From a virus, in IMG/VR virus record IMGVR_UViG_3300024518_003060, positions 7,358 through 71,357 of that record: 64,000 bases of DNA; one strand, given 5' to 3'. Below the pieces are notes generated by a model. That model worked only from the letters and a program-made list of their open reading frames with translations, searched no databases and was not told the DNA's origin. Of the stretch, positions 26,225-35,147 are shown in pieces. Made by a program: the position numbers and the translations under genes. Each line of letters opens with the position of its first letter. The stretch's first letter is position 1.

Positions 26225-27145
26225 TTATGATTTCTTAATATATCTTACAGGTATATCAACTCTGTAACCCGTTGTTGCCCCTTGAACTTTAATAGTGGTG
26301 TCTATAAACTGAAAGTCCGTACCGGCTGGGTCCGCTGTATCAGTTCCAACTTGGTCAAACAAGAAAGTTGAAGTACGCAAACTAACAGAAGAAAGAACGC
26401 TAAATTCTAATTTTGTCCCTCTCGGGCCTTGAACAACGCTGTCGGTGGCGGTTGAGTCCACCAAGTTCGGAGGAAGGTTTGACACAAATGGAGTTGTTGA
26501 CAAATAATAGCTTGCTATGTTATCATCATCGATAAATGATGGATTAACAGTGACACCGTTGAGATCTATGATTGAGCCAAAACGATTGTCAAGTTCAACA
26601 ATATATTGATTTTCGGTTAGCTCGGCATCTAGATTGAAAACGGCGCTGATCTCATTTGTATCGAGGCCCTGGTCAAGTCTAAAATTTTGAGTACTTGTGT
26701 CAAAAGTAGGTCCATTCAGCCCATCAACATATTTGTTGTCCAATCCAGTCTTAAAAGAATCAATGGAATCTTGATCAACGAGAATGGCATGTGAGCCAGA
26801 GGCGATACTGGTTGTGTCCGAAGCTTGGAAGCCAATCTTCAAATTATTGAGATTGATAACCGGCAAGTAAAGAAGATTATTATTGGTTAAAGTCATCAGT
26901 TTAGACTTAAGGGAAGCAATATTATTAGTGAAGGCTTCAAGAACAGGCGTCTGAAGTATCTCCAAATCGTAATAGGCCGAACCCGAAGAGTGAGTGGAGT
27001 TGTAACTTCCGTAGTTGATTTCATCGTCACCAAACGTATATTTTGCGATCTTAAATGAACCGTCGCCACGAGACAGTCTCTGTCTACCAGCGTCAGTTAA
27101 TACCGCATCTAAAATAATATCGCCGGAATTGTCTAAAAAGGCCAT
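26225..27145 (-). CDS. Structural protein
   Basis: N-terminus MAFLD...VLTDAGRQRL...YTFGDDEINY; own promoter motif and SD. Confidence 0.65.
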   Translation of the reverse strand: MAFLDNSGDIILDAVLTDAGRQRLSRGDGSFKIAKYTFGDDEINYGSYNSTHSSGSAYYDLEILQTPVLEAFTNNIASLKSKLMTLTNNNLLYLPVINLNNLKIGFQASDTTSIASGSHAILVDQDSIDSFKTGLDNKYVDGLNGPTFDTSTQNFRLDQGLDTNEISAVFNLDAELTENQYIVELDNRFGSIIDLNGVTVNPSFIDDDNIASYYLSTTPFVSNLPPNLVDSTATDSVVQGPRGTKLEFSVLSSVSLRTSTFLFDQVGTDTADPAGTDFQFIDTTIKVQGATTGYRVDIPVRYIKKS

Positions 27146-27160
27146 GAAATAACTCCTTTA

Positions 27161-27168
27161 TAATTAGT
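27161..27168 (-). promoter_or_regulatory. Putative late promoter ACTAATTA
   Basis: ACTAATTATAAAGGAGTTATTTCATG: motif immediately before SD and start. Confidence 0.6.
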
Positions 27169-27192
27169 ATTTATCATTTGTTTTTACCTAAC

Positions 27193-30060
27193 TTAACTTT
27201 CTTCATAAGATTCATCGATGCTGGGACTCTTAAAATGTACGTTAACATCGAGCTTGCGGCCCGTTTGTTTTGATGTTATTCGTATTTTAAACTTTTTATC
27301 AAAAAGCTTTTCTTCCGAGTTGCCAAACGTCAAATCGCTCATCTTGTTAAGAACTTCATTCTTAGTACTTATCTCCTTTTCTGCTCCGAAATTATCAAAG
27401 CTTAAAAAGGATTGCTTTAAAGAAGGTTCTATCAATAAGTACTTTTTAAATGACTTATTGTCGATTTTCTTCTCATAATTATCATCTAAATATATTAATT
27501 CATTAAATAAAACTGGTTGCCCACCAGAAACGCCGACGTGAACTGAATCGGTTTCTGGTATGTCGTTGTGCGTGATCATTTTAAAATGGTACACTGGCGT
27601 GGGGTTTGAGGGCATTCCGTGGACATCAATGGTTCTAAAGATATAGTAATAGTCTTGATTGGGCTGGATGTCGCTAATAAGTGTTTTGTCGCCCAAAACG
27701 TCAATGGTGGATATCTTTGCATTTTTAAAATCTGCGTAAGTCTTTGGTCTTTCTGTGAGTCTAAATACTTCAAACTTGCCACCGTAGTCATCTGTTTTGT
27801 AAAAAATCTCAGTATTCTCAAGACCGCTGACAAAATCATCCTCTGTGAAGCCTTCTAGGTCTGTTCCTCTTTTTTCATAAGAAGCCGCGACCAACGAACT
27901 ATATTGTTTATTGCTCAACAGGCTGGTTACGGGGTACATAAAGGCTTCTCCCATTTGTATATTAAACCAAAAGCCAATTTTATCGCTAACGTTTTTGTAG
28001 GGAAAGAATTCAATGTTTGGGGGCATCGGAGGTGAATCTAAATTCACAGTAACTTCTGATTTCTTTGTGCCTTCGATTTCGGGGATGTTGTAATAGGGCA
28101 CTCGTAGTATTTTTACATCATAGTTATTTTCATAAAGCCAAGCATTGCCAGCATGAGAATCGGCATCCCCTCGCTTTAAATTGTTACCAATGGAAATTGT
28201 GTGTGCGTATATTTGATAATAATATCCTTCGCCATATTTAATTTGACTATCGATGTATTCTACGGCTTCTTGATCTGTATCGTTTGGTAACAAAAAAGTT
28301 TGAATTGGAGGCTTTTTTGAAAATTTGCTATATGCGCCCTTGAATTTTGCTATTTCATAATATAATATTTCTGAGTAGTTTTGCTTGTTTTGAAACACGC
28401 TGGCTGCTTTTAGTTTTATCATATTGATTAGCTTAGGGAGTATTGTTTCTGCTTTCGCTTTGCTCATACCAGACGTAACCTGATTGTTATTTTTTTCATT
28501 TCCATAAAAAACTAAAGGAAGCAAGTAATCCTTTAGGTTGAGGACGTTCCACCAGCCAGCTGCTGGATTGAAGCCGGTTTTTCCGGGGTCGGCGCCGAGC
28601 AGTTTTGCCACCTCTATAAAAGTTTCAAGGTCGATAGGTTGTTTGGAACTAACATATTGCATGAAGCCTGTGATGACTACTCCGCTTGGAAGGAGGCCGG
28701 TGGCTGCGGTCCAGGCGACCTGTGGTAAATCGACACTCAGTTGCAAGTCAGTGGTGCCCAATAGACTTTTTCCGGCGGGGCCAGTTCGAAATTCAATAAT
28801 TTCAAGGTCGTCGTGGTCATGCCAGAAAGGATTAAGTTTTTCGCCTGAAGCTCCTGGACGTGCAGACAACGTATATAAATTATAGTTGTTTGTGATCTTG
28901 TCTATATTGTCTTTAGCGTCGGGGTTGGCATTCATAAATGTCGTTGCCTTTAAGGCTGTTGCGATTGCAAATTGAAGATCATCATAATATTTTATTTGCT
29001 TGAAAAATTCGCGGAATGCTGTTCCCTGCTTTTGTGTTGGGATGCTAATTTTATTATAAAGCGGATAGGTGTCTTTCTGCTTTTCTATCAAAGAGTTGTG
29101 AGTTTTATAGAAGTCCGATGTTAAGACAATAAAACTGTTACGCTCAGTTTGAGGGGTTAATTCATCTATATATCTTTTCCAAGGTTGGATGCCGGGAGTC
29201 GGGTTAGTAAATTGGTTCATGATTCCGGTGCCAAAGCGCTTCAAGAAGGCAGACATAGAGTTTATGGTCCATGTAGACTTCCAGTTGGGATTGTTCTTAC
29301 CGGCTTCTGTTTGCTTCTGAATGCGTTGAAGGTCGAACAAGGCATAATAAAAATTTGGTATTGCTTTTTCGATATTATGGGTGCTGTCCGTAAACGCGCC
29401 TTTTAGTTTAAAGTTCTCATAGTCTGCCAAGTAAAAATTATAAACAGGTGTGACAGTAAGCTGGTTATCAAAGCCAAAGCCAGCGACAACAGTTTCATTG
29501 CCGTCGCCTCCCATTTTGGTCTCTGTGGTTATTAGGGGTCTTGATACTGAAAGATTGTGGCTTACAAAAGAGTAATCTGATGGAAGCATTCCTTTCTCAT
29601 TGTTCACAGAATTATAAGGCTGAAGATTTGTGGGTTCATTGATCCCAGTGTTGCTATCAGCCGCGAGTGAATCAGTAAAATAAACGCCGTCCTTAACTCC
29701 TTCGACCTGAGACACGGCAATAATGGCTTCGGAAGAAGGAGCAACTTCAAGATTGCTGTGTACCTTATTTTTTGTAACACTATAATTAAATGTCTGGGTT
29801 CTAAAAATGCTTGTCTGCTGGGATTCAAACCAGTTATCATAATTTTTTTGCTGCCCTTCAATGCCAACTCCCAACTTAGCCTCTACGACCCAAAAGGGAT
29901 TGGCCGGATCAACTAAGTTAATTGATGATTTAGTAAGATTGCCATCGTCTCTAAACAAAACTATTTTTCCAACAGAATCAATAACGGATTTGTTTTTAGC
30001 CAATGCAGGTGGGTTATTGACTGGTTTTTCCTGTCCTTTAGTGGGTTTGCCTTTAGCCAA
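27193..30060 (-). CDS. Large hypothetical virion protein (C-terminal FnIII-like segments possible)
   Basis: 955 aa, TTG start with GAGG SD; YIDSQIKYGEGYYYQIYA and IQPNQDYYYIFRTIDVHG resemble FnIII strands. Confidence 0.65.
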   Translation of the reverse strand: MAKGKPTKGQEKPVNNPPALAKNKSVIDSVGKIVLFRDDGNLTKSSINLVDPANPFWVVEAKLGVGIEGQQKNYDNWFESQQTSIFRTQTFNYSVTKNKVHSNLEVAPSSEAIIAVSQVEGVKDGVYFTDSLAADSNTGINEPTNLQPYNSVNNEKGMLPSDYSFVSHNLSVSRPLITTETKMGGDGNETVVAGFGFDNQLTVTPVYNFYLADYENFKLKGAFTDSTHNIEKAIPNFYYALFDLQRIQKQTEAGKNNPNWKSTWTINSMSAFLKRFGTGIMNQFTNPTPGIQPWKRYIDELTPQTERNSFIVLTSDFYKTHNSLIEKQKDTYPLYNKISIPTQKQGTAFREFFKQIKYYDDLQFAIATALKATTFMNANPDAKDNIDKITNNYNLYTLSARPGASGEKLNPFWHDHDDLEIIEFRTGPAGKSLLGTTDLQLSVDLPQVAWTAATGLLPSGVVITGFMQYVSSKQPIDLETFIEVAKLLGADPGKTGFNPAAGWWNVLNLKDYLLPLVFYGNEKNNNQVTSGMSKAKAETILPKLINMIKLKAASVFQNKQNYSEILYYEIAKFKGAYSKFSKKPPIQTFLLPNDTDQEAVEYIDSQIKYGEGYYYQIYAHTISIGNNLKRGDADSHAGNAWLYENNYDVKILRVPYYNIPEIEGTKKSEVTVNLDSPPMPPNIEFFPYKNVSDKIGFWFNIQMGEAFMYPVTSLLSNKQYSSLVAASYEKRGTDLEGFTEDDFVSGLENTEIFYKTDDYGGKFEVFRLTERPKTYADFKNAKISTIDVLGDKTLISDIQPNQDYYYIFRTIDVHGMPSNPTPVYHFKMITHNDIPETDSVHVGVSGGQPVLFNELIYLDDNYEKKIDNKSFKKYLLIEPSLKQSFLSFDNFGAEKEISTKNEVLNKMSDLTFGNSEEKLFDKKFKIRITSKQTGRKLDVNVHFKSPSIDESYEES

Positions 30061-30074
30061 AATAAAACCTCATT

Positions 30075-30434
30075 TTAATAACGTCGATCCGATTCGGGGA
30101 TAGGCCCCTTTGTGTCTGTCGGCAGCTTGCGTCTTTCAGTCTTGGAATCGATTGTTTTAAGCCTCTCTTCTTCGGTGGTGAGAGGGCTTGCGGCGTTGTG
30201 CTCGGCAATTTGGCGTTCGCGTTCGGCAGCGTGTTTTTTTGCTTTTGCCTTTTTGGCGGCCTTGCGAGCTTCGATGTCGGCGGCTTTCTTAGCCTTTTCG
30301 GCCTTGAGGCCAGCGTATTCTTTGGCCATAACTTTAACGTCAATTAGCGGTTCTTCGCCAAAAGAGATGTCTTCCACAAACTTTGTACCTACGAACTTGC
30401 TAAACCCTGATATATCTGATAAATTAATTGCCAT
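30075..30434 (-). CDS. Hypothetical Lys/Ala-rich protein
   Basis: 119 aa, SD AGGTGA; KAEKAKKAADIEARKAAKKAKAKK tract. Confidence 0.65.
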   Translation of the reverse strand: MAINLSDISGFSKFVGTKFVEDISFGEEPLIDVKVMAKEYAGLKAEKAKKAADIEARKAAKKAKAKKHAAERERQIAEHNAASPLTTEEERLKTIDSKTERRKLPTDTKGPIPESDRRY

Positions 30435-30447
30435 GCTTCACCTTTGA

Positions 30448-33400
30448 TTAAACAATGCCCCTAGTGATTAGTTGACTACCAAGCTTATTAACGGTAGATA
30501 GGGTCGTACTTCCATTATTAATTAGAAAATACTTATTAAAATTTTGATAAAAGAGTAGTTCCCTTCTAATGTCGTTGTCGGCTACGAAAGGAGACTTGTG
30601 ATTAGTTATTCGACACAACAAAGACTTGCCGTCTGGTATCTGATTGATGGCCGGTAGCGTGAGCTTCTTCCATTTAGAGGAAACAAGAGCCACATTATCT
30701 ACGTTCATCATTGTTTTGGCTTGCGGCGAGCCGGGAAAGGATGGGTCAAATTTTTCAAAATCGCTCAAGTAGTCTATTCTAACCAAGTTCAAAAATGTAA
30801 AGAAGTATTCAGCAAATCTATTCGCGAACAGTTGCGAGCTTTCTTGGCCAAAGAGAGAATCAAAAACGCTCTTAAAGTTGCGGTTATTAGCGACATTTTC
30901 CGAAAGGCCGGTTTCGCTCCAACCTGGAACCTGTTTATAAAGAATGAGTGCCATAATTTGAGCAGCAACCTTCGAGCCATCAGCAGAACTTATAAACGGA
31001 GGGGAGCTTAGATTCTCAGTGGTGAACTCACCTTCTGAATAATTGTTAACATAAGATAAGAAATAATTGGTAAGAACGTTTGTTGTTGAAGATTTTGTAT
31101 CTATGTCAACGGCGCCTTTTGAGGTCTCGTTTCCATCGGTCACTTCGACGCCTTTTGATGTTTCAACTTTGTCCTGAATGTTCATTCCGTAATCAGATAT
31201 AAGAGTTTGATTTCTTTCAGCTTTTATAAGATCATTGATTTTTAATTTTGACCTTGCAAGGTCATGTCCGTTTTTGGCGCTGTTGTTTAAAACATACTTG
31301 GTAAAAGGCGTATTGACCTCTTCTTGGTTGTAAGAAAAGATATTATCTTTGTCCATCTTGGCAAGCTTGTTTTTCTTAAATAACAAAAGTGAATGTAGTG
31401 TGTTAGTCCAGTTATTTTCATCTACTGGGCTTCGCAGTCGTTTTGGTAATACAACTCCCTGATCATATAATGGCAAGAACGAATATCCATTATCGCTTAT
31501 ATGTGCTTCATTAGGGAGTTGATCTTCCTTCAGCGCGTCCGAGCTATAGTATTTTCGGAGGATTGCTTCCATTGTTAAGCGGAAAGGAATAGCTCCAAAC
31601 TGTTTCAGAGAACCTTTCCCAGTTTCGGGCAGTCTAGGCAAGTCAAAAACAGCAGCATAATCAAATCCATGATTGGTTTTCCTAACTGTATAAGGAAAGC
31701 GTTTCTTGGCTGTGATTTTTCTCAAGTTGGCGTTTGTGTTCGATGGCGCTTTTGATGAATTTAAGGCGTTGTTTCCGCTTGCTACTTTTGAATGATTGTT
31801 CGCAGATAAGCCAGTAACAATATAAGATAAATCGTTTCGTAGCGATACTAGAGTGTCATAGACAACAGTGATACCTTCTAAAGAAATGTTTTCGTCATCA
31901 CTTAAAGAGGAAGCGGCGCGGACGGCATCATTAAATATTGTATCGCTGATCTTTGCGGTGGATTTTTGAGAATTTAATAGCAACGCTAAAATGTTTGTTC
32001 CGAGTAAAACCTCAAGACTCCCCAATGTGCCGTTTGCCCACGAAATAGAATCTTGATTATATTGTAAATCATAATCAGAAATGGTTTCTAATATGGTTTT
32101 TGGGACAACAAACTTCTTTCCGCCGAATCCTTCTTGCGTGTTCTGAGGCATTAAATCTAAAAAATTGCCCTTTATATAGGGGCTGCCAGATGTATTTAAA
32201 ATACTTTTGTTCTTCGGCTGATTCGTGACCAGGGTGATAAGTTGCTTTAAACCAAGAGTTTTGCCCTGACCCTCAATGGCAACATTAACTAATCCTAGTG
32301 CTTCGTTCAAAAGGGCATAGATGGGATCAATTAATGTAACTTCAATCTCATAGGAATAGTCCGTATCAAAATTCTTGTTTTTGTCAAGATCTGAAAAGGT
32401 ATAAAATTCCAGAAGGCTGACTTCAGACAAATCAAAGTCTTCTGTATTAAGCGGAACGGGATTTAAATAACCAAGAGCGCTCGGGGAATTATTGTCAATG
32501 GTTTTGTTATCGCGGCCTTTGAGTGCGGGATAAACCCCTTGACTGTCTACAAAAGAGGAATCATAAATAAGTTTGGTTTCATTTGGGCCTTTTCTAAAAA
32601 TTTTAAATTTTGAGGCTTCGCTTAAAATGTTCTTAACAACATCTCTAAATATATCATCAAACGAAGATGCGGCGTTGTTGGTAGCGTCGGCCAGTTTATC
32701 AAGCATTGCCGGTAGGATTCCGTGTACCCTAAAAAGCTTCATGTAGTCAATTCCAAAAAATCCACTTACGTCGCCGTCTTTGTTAACGCTTAGGAAACAT
32801 TCAGAAAATATTGAAAGGCCATCAAGACTATATTTCTTATTATTGGAACTGCCATACTTAGTTGGGTTCAAATCAAGAAACTCACCGAATGTCGAAAAAT
32901 CAATTTTGGTGTCCTTAACCTGTTTGATGGGCCTTAGATCTACCACTTTTCTATTCTGAACAAAGTGAATGTCCAAGAATGGATGTAGCTCTTCGCCGTG
33001 AGTTCCACCGGCCATATACCTTCCATCTGTTTTGTGAACGTCGCCAAACCAAGCAGACCCCTTAATATCATTAAACTTTTCTTCTCGCTGGAGGTTTGCT
33101 TCGGAGGTTGATGCTGTAGAAGATTGGTTGTCGGCAACAGTAAAAACCGTTCCAACGGTTTGAGCTTTTGAGTTACTTACAATTGTTTCAAAGGTGGGAG
33201 AACCAATAATAAAATCATACTCGCTGTCTTCGAATCCTGCCACCTCTTCAAAAGTTGACGTATCTTCAACCGTGAAGTCTCCAAAATTATATGAAATATC
33301 CACTTCAAAGTCCTTTAAGGATGGAAGGGCAAGCAAGTAAATATAAGATGGATTTTCGCCATCCAATTCAAAAGTAAAATTATATGGTACTTCAAAGTAC

Positions 33401-34107
33401 TTTTTGCCATTAGGAAACTGTTTCTCGTATTTTTGAAACACCTGAAATATTCCAACAGAATTCGCATCTTCTGCATCACTGTTTATAATCTGCCCCCTTA
33501 TAACATCGCTAATACTAATATTTTTTGTGATGAGATCGCTAACAGTCGTATTCATTTTGTTTTGAAAATAAGAATCTTGTTGTCCAAATTGTTGTAAGAT
33601 CCCGAAAACATTATCAACAAAAGCAGAATTCGCTTGTGAATTTGGTTTTTTATAAAGTGCGAAAATATCAAAAGTTAGACTCTTATTGAAATCATCATCA
33701 TCTACAATACTTTTGAATGTGGCGACGTCGGCAACGTTAAAAACGATTTTTGATTGAACATGAACAAACGTCTTTTCCTCGGTGTTGCTTTCTTTACTAT
33801 AGCCAGAAAGTATCGAAGCTTTTTTAGCAGTCCCTGGAATCGGAATCGGTTTTTCAGTCCCTAGAATCGGGCGGCCACGTTCATCATATTCAATACTACC
33901 ATAAGTCCCTGGAATCGGGTTCCCACGTTTATCATATTCAATATCACCATATTTAACTTGCGTATAGTAGTCGCTCTCATTTATATAAGGTGACATGTCT
34001 CCCTTAAGTTGTTTTCGGGGGGAAGCCTTGTCTATCGTAATTTTATTAAAATATACTTTGGGGAGGAAGCTTTCGCCTATTCCATAGTTTTTGTATTCAA
34101 AGGGCAT
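30448..34107 (-). CDS. Large hypothetical virion protein
   Basis: 1219-aa ORF coupled (TAATG) to the upstream gene in the baseplate operon. Confidence 0.7.
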   Translation of the reverse strand: MPFEYKNYGIGESFLPKVYFNKITIDKASPRKQLKGDMSPYINESDYYTQVKYGDIEYDKRGNPIPGTYGSIEYDERGRPILGTEKPIPIPGTAKKASILSGYSKESNTEEKTFVHVQSKIVFNVADVATFKSIVDDDDFNKSLTFDIFALYKKPNSQANSAFVDNVFGILQQFGQQDSYFQNKMNTTVSDLITKNISISDVIRGQIINSDAEDANSVGIFQVFQKYEKQFPNGKKYFEVPYNFTFELDGENPSYIYLLALPSLKDFEVDISYNFGDFTVEDTSTFEEVAGFEDSEYDFIIGSPTFETIVSNSKAQTVGTVFTVADNQSSTASTSEANLQREEKFNDIKGSAWFGDVHKTDGRYMAGGTHGEELHPFLDIHFVQNRKVVDLRPIKQVKDTKIDFSTFGEFLDLNPTKYGSSNNKKYSLDGLSIFSECFLSVNKDGDVSGFFGIDYMKLFRVHGILPAMLDKLADATNNAASSFDDIFRDVVKNILSEASKFKIFRKGPNETKLIYDSSFVDSQGVYPALKGRDNKTIDNNSPSALGYLNPVPLNTEDFDLSEVSLLEFYTFSDLDKNKNFDTDYSYEIEVTLIDPIYALLNEALGLVNVAIEGQGKTLGLKQLITLVTNQPKNKSILNTSGSPYIKGNFLDLMPQNTQEGFGGKKFVVPKTILETISDYDLQYNQDSISWANGTLGSLEVLLGTNILALLLNSQKSTAKISDTIFNDAVRAASSLSDDENISLEGITVVYDTLVSLRNDLSYIVTGLSANNHSKVASGNNALNSSKAPSNTNANLRKITAKKRFPYTVRKTNHGFDYAAVFDLPRLPETGKGSLKQFGAIPFRLTMEAILRKYYSSDALKEDQLPNEAHISDNGYSFLPLYDQGVVLPKRLRSPVDENNWTNTLHSLLLFKKNKLAKMDKDNIFSYNQEEVNTPFTKYVLNNSAKNGHDLARSKLKINDLIKAERNQTLISDYGMNIQDKVETSKGVEVTDGNETSKGAVDIDTKSSTTNVLTNYFLSYVNNYSEGEFTTENLSSPPFISSADGSKVAAQIMALILYKQVPGWSETGLSENVANNRNFKSVFDSLFGQESSQLFANRFAEYFFTFLNLVRIDYLSDFEKFDPSFPGSPQAKTMMNVDNVALVSSKWKKLTLPAINQIPDGKSLLCRITNHKSPFVADNDIRRELLFYQNFNKYFLINNGSTTLSTVNKLGSQLITRGIV
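33829..33951. repeat. 48-bp tandem duplication plus partial third copy
   Basis: 33856-33903 and 33904-33951 encode YGSIEYDERGRPILGT and YGDIEYDKRGNPIPGT. Confidence 0.85.
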
Positions 34108-35147
34108 TATTTGTCACCTGGATCATTTGCTATTTGGTTGTTATAAATATTAACATGGGCCAATTCTTGCTTTTCTTCTGGACATTTAAACGTCTTATCT
34201 GTAAAGATATTTTTAACTTTGTCCTTTTTATGTTTCATCGCCTCACAATAATATGTGTCATCTATTTGGTTATCCAGCTTTAAATTGAAGAAGTATTCAA
34301 CATTAGAAGAGTTGGTTTCTTTATCCTCTTCTGTAAAATAAAGCTTCTTGAGTTTTGTTTTGGGGACATTTTCCTCGTCGGTATTTGTGTCCGTGACCAA
34401 TTCAGTAACGATTTCATATACTTCAATGTCAAAATTTTCCTTTTTAAACAGGGTGTTTCCCTCTTCGAGTTTAATAAACGCACGTTTCTTATCATACGTC
34501 ATCGCTGTCCCGTCGTCAAAAGAAAAGAAAGAGTCAAACAGTTCATCATCTTGAGAAATGTTTTTTACTTGTGGTTTGGCGCCTATATCAAAAAGTGTAA
34601 TTTCATTTTGAACAATGACTTCTACTTGCGGAATAAAATCAGCAGATCCGCTTTTATTATTGAAATATCCTGAGCCGCTGACGCCTATCATGCTTGCTGA
34701 TAAAATAGAACCTGTAATCATCTGAAGGTTGTAATATGGAGCCTTATTGGTATTTGGACCAGAATTGCCCAGCGGTGACTGGAGCATATATTGGTTGGTC
34801 GGAGACTCAATGACCTCAATGTTATAAGAGGGATCTGAAATCTTTGGCTTGATGCCTGGAAAGATCTCGTCTAAAATATTTGGATTCTTAGTAAATACTG
34901 TGGTCTCGGCCCCTTCAAACTTGGTTTGTCCCTCAAATCGAGGAGTCTCATCTAAGATACGAACCTCAATATCATTTTGAAGTTCTTCCACTTGCGAGGC
35001 GCCAACAGCACATCTACTGTCATATACGATGTCATCATCAAAAAAAGCATAATAAGCTGGGTTAAACTTGCCAAGGCTTATAAGATACTTGCCATAAGGG
35101 GTTATCTTAATCTTAAAAACTTCTTCTTTTGGATCTAAAAATCTCAT
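34107..35147 (-). CDS. Structural protein, N-terminal paralog of 26225..27145
   Basis: MRFLD...ITPYGKYLISLG.F...YAFFDDDIVY. Confidence 0.65.
   Translation of the reverse strand: MRFLDPKEEVFKIKITPYGKYLISLGKFNPAYYAFFDDDIVYDSRCAVGASQVEELQNDIEVRILDETPRFEGQTKFEGAETTVFTKNPNILDEIFPGIKPKISDPSYNIEVIESPTNQYMLQSPLGNSGPNTNKAPYYNLQMITGSILSASMIGVSGSGYFNNKSGSADFIPQVEVIVQNEITLFDIGAKPQVKNISQDDELFDSFFSFDDGTAMTYDKKRAFIKLEEGNTLFKKENFDIEVYEIVTELVTDTNTDEENVPKTKLKKLYFTEEDKETNSSNVEYFFNLKLDNQIDDTYYCEAMKHKKDKVKNIFTDKTFKCPEEKQELAHVNIYNNQIANDPGDK

Noticed and set aside
30053-30343. Alternative-frame ORF or frameshift joining 30075..30434 to the 955-aa gene
   Set aside because: No convincing slippery site with a stimulator; the downstream gene has its own GAGG SD and TTG start.
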